Made by a program: the position numbers and the translations under genes. 64,000 nucleotides of DNA from an uncultured Bifidobacterium sp. (GTDB lineage Bacteria > Verrucomicrobiota > Verrucomicrobiia > Limisphaerales > JADJPG01), in NCBI GenBank assembly GCA_964491875.1, contig CAZBIC010000004.1, positions 52,669-116,668 on the forward strand. Direction: 5' to 3'. How positions within the stretch are numbered: the stretch's first letter is position 1; the number at the start of each line of letters is the position of its first letter. The notes below the pieces were generated by a model. That model had not been told where the DNA came from, did no database searches, and was given only the letters and a program-made list of their open reading frames with translations. This document shows positions 58,097 to 64,000 of the stretch, one piece after another.

Positions 58097-59293
58097 ATGT
58101 CGACCATTGAACGCACCATCTCGGTGAGTTTCCGGCACCGGATTCATTTCACGCGAAATGTTTTCGGCCTCGGTAATTCCGTGCTGAAAGAAGTTCTCAC
58201 TGGCGAAGGCCATCAAGCTCCGAAGGTGCTCGTGGTGCTCGACGAATCCCTGCACAAGGCTCAGCCCGCGTTTTCTTCGCAGATTGAGACGTGGTTCAAT
58301 CATAACTCTCAGATCGCGCGCCTAGTTTGCCCGCCCATCGTGCTGGAAGGCGGAGAGCGGGTGAAGAACTCCTATTTTCACGTCTCAGAGATCCAATCGC
58401 AAATCGACCGGTATCACATCGATCGCCACTCCTATGTCATCGCTGTGGGCGGCGGCGCCGTGCTGGATCTGGTCGGGCTCGCCGCTGCCACGGCGCATCG
58501 CGGAGTCCGGCATATACGCCTCCCGACCACAACCCTGAGCCAGGATGACTCCGGCGTGGGCGTGAAAAACGGGATGAATGCCTTCGGGAAAAAGAACTTC
58601 ATCGGCACGTTCGCGGTGCCGTGGGCGGTGATTAATGACTTCGAGTTGCTCGCGTCGCTTTCACCGCGTGACAAGCGGGCGGGCTACATCGAGGCGGTGA
58701 AGGTGGCTTGCATCCGGGACGCGAAGTTCTTTGAAGCAATTGAGCAGGATGCCGTGAAACTGCGGGAGTTCGATCCGGACGCGATGGAGCGACTGATCGT
58801 CCGCAGTGCCGAACTGCATGTGAACCACATCGCGACGTCGGGCGATCCCTTTGAAATGGGCTCGGCGCGGCCGCTGGATTTTGGTCACTGGGCGGCGCAC
58901 AAGCTCGAGCAGATCTCGGAGTATCAGATTCGTCATGGCGAAGCGGTGGCCATTGGCATCGCCCTCGATGTGGTGTATTCGCGCCGCAGCGGGTTCCTCG
59001 ATGCCGCGAGCGCGGAACGCGTTCTCGCGCTGATCGAGAATCTCGGCTTTGATATCTTTGCGAACGAATTGCTGCACGTCGACTCCGAGGGGGCGCTGAT
59101 GGTTTTGAAGGGACTGGAGGAGTTCCGTGAACATCTCGGTGGGCGGCTCACCATCACGTTGCTGAGTTCGATCGGGTGCGGGTTTGAAGTTCACGAGATG
59201 CATTCGTCGCCCGTCGTGGCGGCGATTCATGAACTGGAGGAACGCGCGCAGCGCAAAGTCCAGGCGCGCGTCGTATCCATGTTCAAACGCTGA
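58097..59293 (+). CDS. 3-dehydroquinate synthase family sugar-phosphate cyclase (EboD-like)
   Basis: 398 aa. VIAVGGGAVLDLVGLAAATAHRGVRHIRLPTTTLSQDDSGVGVKNGMNAFGKKNFIGTF, plus metal-ligand region HGEAVAIGIALD, as expected for the DHQS/sugar phosphate cyclase fold. Confidence 0.8.
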   Translation: MSTIERTISVSFRHRIHFTRNVFGLGNSVLKEVLTGEGHQAPKVLVVLDESLHKAQPAFSSQIETWFNHNSQIARLVCPPIVLEGGERVKNSYFHVSEIQSQIDRYHIDRHSYVIAVGGGAVLDLVGLAAATAHRGVRHIRLPTTTLSQDDSGVGVKNGMNAFGKKNFIGTFAVPWAVINDFELLASLSPRDKRAGYIEAVKVACIRDAKFFEAIEQDAVKLREFDPDAMERLIVRSAELHVNHIATSGDPFEMGSARPLDFGHWAAHKLEQISEYQIRHGEAVAIGIALDVVYSRRSGFLDAASAERVLALIENLGFDIFANELLHVDSEGALMVLKGLEEFREHLGGRLTITLLSSIGCGFEVHEMHSSPVVAAIHELEERAQRKVQARVVSMFKR

Positions 59294-59304
59294 TCGCGCC
59301 GCGC

Positions 59305-60702
59305 ATGAAACGCACGGCGGTTATCAACGTGGTCGGCCTGACGGAGTCGCTGCTCGGCGCTTCGACTCCGCATCTGAATGCCTTCCTGAAGCGGGGAAAA
59401 CTTTCCCACATCGCCCCGGTGATTCCGGCTGTCACCTGCACTGCGCAATCTACTTATGTCACGGGCCGGATGCCCGGCGATCACGGCGCGGTGGCGAATG
59501 GATGGTACAACCGCGAAATGGCGGAGGTGCAGTTCTGGAAGCAGTCGAACCATCTCGTGGAGGGGCCGAAGATTTGGGATGAGCTGCGACAGGCGGCGCC
59601 GGGCTTCACCTGCGCAAAGCTGTTTTGGTGGTACAACATGTATTCCACCGCCGACTGGTCGATCACCCCGCGGCCAATGTATCCGGCGGATGGACGCAAG
59701 GTGTTCGACATCTACACGCATCCGATGCCGCTGCGGCACGAGATCAAGAAGGACCTCGGGGAGTTCCCGTTCCCGACGTTCTGGGGACCCGCGGCAGGCA
59801 TCAAATCGCCGCAGGGCGGGCCCGATGCTGCGTCGCGTTGGATCGCGAATTCAGCGAAGTGGATTGAAGACAAGCATCGCCCGACGCTGAGTCTCGTTTA
59901 CCTGCCGCACCTCGACTACAACCTGCAGCGGCTGGGACCGAAGCATCCGGACATTCAGGCGGACTTGCGGGCCATCGACGAGATCGTGGGCGATCTGATT
60001 CGGCACTTCGACCAGCGCGGAGTGAAAACTATGGTGTTGTCCGAATATGGCATCACGCCCGTGGACACTCCGGTTCATCTGAACCGCGTCTTGCGCGAGA
60101 AGGGCTGGATCACCATTAAGGACGAGCTGGGGCTGGAACTTTTGGACTGCGGCGCGAGTCGGGCGTTTGCCGTGGCTGATCATCAGGTCGCGCACGTTTA
60201 CTTGAATGATCCTTCCATCGAATCCGCCGTTCGTGCGCTGATCGAGAAGCAGCCGGGAGTGGCGCGAGTGTTGGGTTTCGCCGAGAAGGCAAAGATGGGA
60301 CTCGACCATGCGCGCTCGGGAGATCTCGTCGTGCTGGCGAAGGAGAACGCGTGGTTTACTTACTATTACTGGCTGGATGATGCGCTGGCGCCGGATTTCG
60401 CGCGCTGTGTCGATATCCATCGCAAGCCAGGGTACGATCCGGTGGAGTTGTTTTTGGATCCGACGCTGAGCGTTCCCAAATTGAAGATCGCCTGGCGGTT
60501 GCTGAAGAAGAAACTGGGCTTCCGCATGTTGATGGATTTAATCCCGCTCGACGCCACGCTGGTGAAAGGGTCGCACGGAATCATTCCGGCGAGTCGTGGT
60601 GATTACCCGGTGCTGATCGCGGATGGAGGACTGACGTCCACGTCTGAACCGATCGCGCCCACCGAGGTTTATCAGATGATCAAGCGAAGCGTCCTCGGCT
60701 AG
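59305..60702 (+). CDS. Alkaline-phosphatase-superfamily nucleotide pyrophosphatase/phosphodiesterase (EboF-like)
   Basis: 465 aa. VINVVGLT, PAVTCTAQSTYVTGRMPGDHGAVANGWY, LVYLPHLDY and KGSHG motifs of the type I phosphodiesterase family. Confidence 0.8.
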   Translation: MKRTAVINVVGLTESLLGASTPHLNAFLKRGKLSHIAPVIPAVTCTAQSTYVTGRMPGDHGAVANGWYNREMAEVQFWKQSNHLVEGPKIWDELRQAAPGFTCAKLFWWYNMYSTADWSITPRPMYPADGRKVFDIYTHPMPLRHEIKKDLGEFPFPTFWGPAAGIKSPQGGPDAASRWIANSAKWIEDKHRPTLSLVYLPHLDYNLQRLGPKHPDIQADLRAIDEIVGDLIRHFDQRGVKTMVLSEYGITPVDTPVHLNRVLREKGWITIKDELGLELLDCGASRAFAVADHQVAHVYLNDPSIESAVRALIEKQPGVARVLGFAEKAKMGLDHARSGDLVVLAKENAWFTYYYWLDDALAPDFARCVDIHRKPGYDPVELFLDPTLSVPKLKIAWRLLKKKLGFRMLMDLIPLDATLVKGSHGIIPASRGDYPVLIADGGLTSTSEPIAPTEVYQMIKRSVLG

Positions 60703-60952
60703 GTCCAGTCGGGAAAAGAAAAAGCGGGCGAAAGCTTTCCCAGCCCCGGCGGCTGGACACGACTCGCTGAAGTGCGCTTTCAGCTCGTCCTGGCTTCGGC
60801 CCGCTCCAACACAAACCAACCCAAACACAGACGCACGGTTGCTTTTTAGCACTGCCAGTGCCAGCGGATGGGAAGTGCCAAGATTGTTGACGCTCATGCT
60901 CAAAATCGGACGCGAGCGCGAGTTGTCCTGTCCAGACCCGGGACAGCGTGCC

Positions 60953-62473
60953 TCAGTTTGAGACAAGGTTGCCGGCGGCGTTGACCTCGGCGTCGAACAC
61001 CGCGGTGCGCACGGCTCCGTTGATCTTCACCTGAACCCACAGCCGGTAACGACCGGGTTTCGGGAACTCGTAGGGGAAGGCGAGCGGTTGTTGGGGCAGG
61101 TTGCCGCTCGGAGGTTGGCAGAGTTGTTCCATCATCTCGGGAGTGATCCGGCGCGGTGGTTTGTCGCCGGCGCGAATTTGAAATACTTGCTGTGCGGCGA
61201 CGGACAGGTTTCCCGCCGGGTGAAGATGGGTGAACACCGCGCCGTCATCGCGGCGGATGGCCATGTGACCAAGCATCCCCATGTAGGCGTCGAGCTTGGA
61301 CAACGAGCCGTCTGACTCATGAATCGTGAAGCGCAGGGTGGTTTCGCGACGGACGACGGTTGGCTCTTTCGCGTCCCAGCGCATGACACGTCCGTCGTCG
61401 AGATTGAACTCGAACGGCTTCGATGTCTTCCCCAGCGCCGGCCCCGTGAACCACGAATCGTCCGGATCGGGCGAAACCTTCGGCTCACCAGATCCCGCGG
61501 CAGGAAGTTCGGGAACCGTTGTCGTCGCGGTCAGCGTTTGGGACAAGCCGCTTTCGTGGGTGACATCGGCGTAGAGCCGGTAATTGCCCGGAGGCATCGA
61601 CGGAAGGGCTGCTTCGAACGATCGATGCGAACGCCGGATGGGATGTAAATGGGCGAGCACATCGAGCTCTGGTTCGCGCACCATGAAGACGTGCATGAGT
61701 TTGCCGTGATCGGGCACCAAGCCGGGCCACACGACGCGAGTGTCGTTGGTGAGGATGTTGAGTTGCGCGATGCGCTGGCCGCCTTCGATGCGGACTTTTA
61801 CGTCGCACTCCACGGGTTGATACATCTTGTTGTTCCGGTAATCGCCATCCTCGGCGTTCCACCAGGCGCGTCCGCCCGCGATGGCGAGCGCGAGCAGGAC
61901 CGCCGCGCCCACGCCCGCACCGCGACCGAGCCAGCGCCGGTTGCTGCTGGGCGAAGCACCGGGTTCGAGGACGCTTTCCCGCACGCCTGCGGTAACGACA
62001 GTGACTGCGAGCGTGAAGAGCAGCACGCCGAGGGCGATGAGGATGACGGCAAGGGTTCCGGACATCGGCAGGCGCTGGGTGGCGAGGGAATTGACGGGCA
62101 CAATGAACTTCGAAGTGCCGTTGGCGGTTTCGACTTCGACGTGAACACTGTAAGCGCCGAGCGCCATCAGCCAGAGCTCCGCGTGGTATAGGTTCGGCTC
62201 TCCTTCAACCGGCTTCGCGACATCGGGTGGCGGAGCGCCATCCACACCGGCGCGCCAGTGAACGGGCAGGGCGGTGACGCGTTTCACGCCGTTGGTGAGC
62301 ACGCGGACGTCGATGGTCGCCAGCCCTGGCACCACGCCGGGCGGGCGGATGATGACTCGCACCGGCACGGGCGGAGCAGTGCTTTCGTAAACGACGTTCA
62401 GGCTGCCGATGTGCGCATTCGCCAACGGAGCAAACGCGAGCCAGAGCCAGAACAGAAACCAGGGGCGCGTCAT
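60953..62473 (-). CDS. Hypothetical exported/membrane protein with N-terminal His after the signal peptide, two central TM helices and duplicated HLHP motifs
   Basis: ORF 60953..63025 trimmed to ATG 62473 (MTRPWFLFWLWLAFAPLANA|HIGS). The upstream part of the track ORF overlaps the next gene and is Arg-rich junk. Motifs GKLMHVFMVREPELDVLAHLHP and MLGHMAIRRDDGAVFTHLHPAG. Confidence 0.65.
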   Translation of the reverse strand: MTRPWFLFWLWLAFAPLANAHIGSLNVVYESTAPPVPVRVIIRPPGVVPGLATIDVRVLTNGVKRVTALPVHWRAGVDGAPPPDVAKPVEGEPNLYHAELWLMALGAYSVHVEVETANGTSKFIVPVNSLATQRLPMSGTLAVILIALGVLLFTLAVTVVTAGVRESVLEPGASPSSNRRWLGRGAGVGAAVLLALAIAGGRAWWNAEDGDYRNNKMYQPVECDVKVRIEGGQRIAQLNILTNDTRVVWPGLVPDHGKLMHVFMVREPELDVLAHLHPIRRSHRSFEAALPSMPPGNYRLYADVTHESGLSQTLTATTTVPELPAAGSGEPKVSPDPDDSWFTGPALGKTSKPFEFNLDDGRVMRWDAKEPTVVRRETTLRFTIHESDGSLSKLDAYMGMLGHMAIRRDDGAVFTHLHPAGNLSVAAQQVFQIRAGDKPPRRITPEMMEQLCQPPSGNLPQQPLAFPYEFPKPGRYRLWVQVKINGAVRTAVFDAEVNAAGNLVSN

Positions 62474-63663
62474 CGTTTGACCTTTGCCATCCAGTTGCCG
62501 ACGGCGAGGCCGGCTCCGGTCATCACGAGGGCGAGGCCCCAGGCGACGGCGGCGGAGGCGGGCGTGAGTCCGTCGCGTTTGACGTTCCAAAACCGGTGCC
62601 AGTGATCGCTTGGTTGATCCGCAAAGGTGAAGAAGCCGCTGCCGTTGAAGAACCAGTTTTTCGCCTCGGGCGAGATGAGATACTCGGAGAAATTCCACTG
62701 CGTGAGCAGGAAGAGACCGGTGAATGCGGTCGCCAGAAGGGGAATCAGCACGAGGTCCCGCTTCCAGCCGCGGCCACGGCCAATCCAGCGGAAGATCAGG
62801 TCCATCGCGACCGCCGGCACAATGAGCAGGAGCGGGAACGCCGGCGGCACCATTGCCTTCACGGGATTGTAGATCGGCGCGAGCATCGGCTGCGCAGGGA
62901 AGAGCGGGAGAATCCAGACGCCGAGACAAGTGAGTGCCATATAGATTCCAGCGATGGTGGTTGTGGGCCAGGAGAGCTTGGACGCCCGCGCCATGGCGAC
63001 CAGGAAGAACGGATAGAGCCCGCACGAAAGTTGGTAGAACGCCCTGCCGTGTTGCTGATTCGGCAGGCTTTTCTCCGTCACCATGATCGCGGCGAGGCAG
63101 ACGAGAATTCCAGCAGAGAAAGCATAGAGCCAGCGGCCGCCGGCGTGATGATCGTTGGCGGTCCGATTCTGGTAGCCCAGCACGAGCAGCAGTCCACCGA
63201 CGACGTGAAAGTACATTCCGGCGGCGAGGACGGAATGCGGCGGGCTCAAGATCTCGACGTCGAGGCCGTAGGCGTCATGCCACCAATTGTCGAACGGCGC
63301 GCTCGTCAGCATTGCCAGCGCGCCCCAGATGGTCACCCACGCACCGAGCGGACCGCGAAATCCCCACACGCGCACACCTGACTCGCGAATGGTGGGGTCC
63401 GAAGAAAACGTCGCGCGGAGCACGAGCCAGCCGGAGAGGAATCCGCCGAGGCTTCCCCCGAGATGAATGCAGATGTGGGCGGGCGTCCAGAAGGTGTCGC
63501 GACCGATCGTTGAATGCCACGAGATGTCCCAGACAATGCCGACGAGAATGCACGTGGCCGCGAAGACGATCAGCGGGCAGTACCAAGGGGTGCGGGCCTG
63601 GCTGCGCGCTTCCGATGAAGCGAGCGACGAATCAAGAGCGCCGAGGGTCGTGCTGCTTTGCAT
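62470..63663 (-). CDS. Polytopic membrane protein of unknown function with conserved-looking Trp/His motifs
   Basis: About 10 TM helices. WDISWHSTIGRDTFWTPAH, FDNWWHDAYG and SPPH. The stop overlaps the downstream start (ATGA). ATG 63663 is 4 codons inside the TTG-started ORF. Confidence 0.65.
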   Translation of the reverse strand: MQSSTTLGALDSSLASSEARSQARTPWYCPLIVFAATCILVGIVWDISWHSTIGRDTFWTPAHICIHLGGSLGGFLSGWLVLRATFSSDPTIRESGVRVWGFRGPLGAWVTIWGALAMLTSAPFDNWWHDAYGLDVEILSPPHSVLAAGMYFHVVGGLLLVLGYQNRTANDHHAGGRWLYAFSAGILVCLAAIMVTEKSLPNQQHGRAFYQLSCGLYPFFLVAMARASKLSWPTTTIAGIYMALTCLGVWILPLFPAQPMLAPIYNPVKAMVPPAFPLLLIVPAVAMDLIFRWIGRGRGWKRDLVLIPLLATAFTGLFLLTQWNFSEYLISPEAKNWFFNGSGFFTFADQPSDHWHRFWNVKRDGLTPASAAVAWGLALVMTGAGLAVGNWMAKVKR

Positions 63664-63762
63664 AGCGCACGACAATTACCGAAAACGGCTGGGGCTGGAT
63701 ATGGAAAACTGGGCGACTACGGAACGAAGTTCTCGCCGGTCAATTCGCGGCGCAGACGATGA

Positions 63763-63972
63763 TTAGGCGTCGACCTTTTCGTTTTTCTTGATCGGACTGA
63801 ACCGGGCGCCGGATGCGGGAGATTGCGTCGACTCGATGCGGCGCTCGAGCATTTCCAATTGATGGCGTGCCTGCATCAAGCCCATGTAGGCGAAGAGGAC
63901 GGAAGCCAGTCCGAACGCGGTGCAGAGTCCCCAGTATGAGACGGAGACCACGGAACTACCGCCCTGCAACAC
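63763..63972 (-). CDS. Possible small membrane/coiled-coil protein; start may lie nearer the window end
   Basis: 69-aa ORF with one hydrophobic helix (YWGLCTAFGLASVLFAYMGL) followed by a helical polar tail. It lies close to the window edge. Confidence 0.3.
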   Translation of the reverse strand: MLQGGSSVVSVSYWGLCTAFGLASVLFAYMGLMQARHQLEMLERRIESTQSPASGARFSPIKKNEKVDA

Positions 63973-64000
63973 GCCCTGAAGGGCGGTCTGACCCGCGACG

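Overview
High-GC bacterial chromosome segment with about 60 protein genes. I found no rRNA, tRNA or CRISPR. The gene content suggests a PVC-superphylum, Verrucomicrobiota-like organism (inference): a PSCyt/DUF1549/DUF1553 + DUF1501 pair, a lamin-tail-domain giant protein and many TPR/unknown proteins. Left to right: a partial LTD protein that is absent from the ORF track; housekeeping genes (methyltransferase, hisF, DMT/DUF486, cyclophilin, Nudix, rlmI); a pilM-N-O-P-Q type IV pilus operon plus an unknown secreted protein; a minus-strand operon (TIM-barrel isomerase, flippase-like membrane protein, sigma54 activator); rpsU; hsp20-lon; a LolA-like protein; an ECF sigma / AAA+ / TPR block followed by pilT and a membrane TPR partner; corA; a sigma54 two-component pair upstream of a polysaccharide-export module (beta-barrel, BY-kinase, Wza-like, FHA); purH; DUF1501; a low-GC, repeat-rich insertion (DUF2971, hairpin field, DUF559); the PSCyt/DUF1553 protein; a complete chemosensory cluster (MCP-like, cheY, cheA, cheW, PAS-MCP, cheY, cheB, cheR); a 3-dehydroquinate-synthase-like + phosphodiesterase pair; and a translationally coupled pair of unknown membrane proteins. 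The candidates most worth follow-up are: (1) the 2.1-kb insertion splitting the DUF1553/DUF1501 pair, where a DUF559 nuclease-fold ORF is bracketed by exact 42-nt inverted repeats; (2) the degenerate MCP-like protein heading the che cluster; (3) the His-motif membrane pair at 60.9-63.7 kb; (4) the ECF/AAA+/TPR/PilT block. Many long ORFs in the track are antisense shadows typical of high-GC DNA and were not called. All function calls rest on motif recognition by eye, because no searches could be run.
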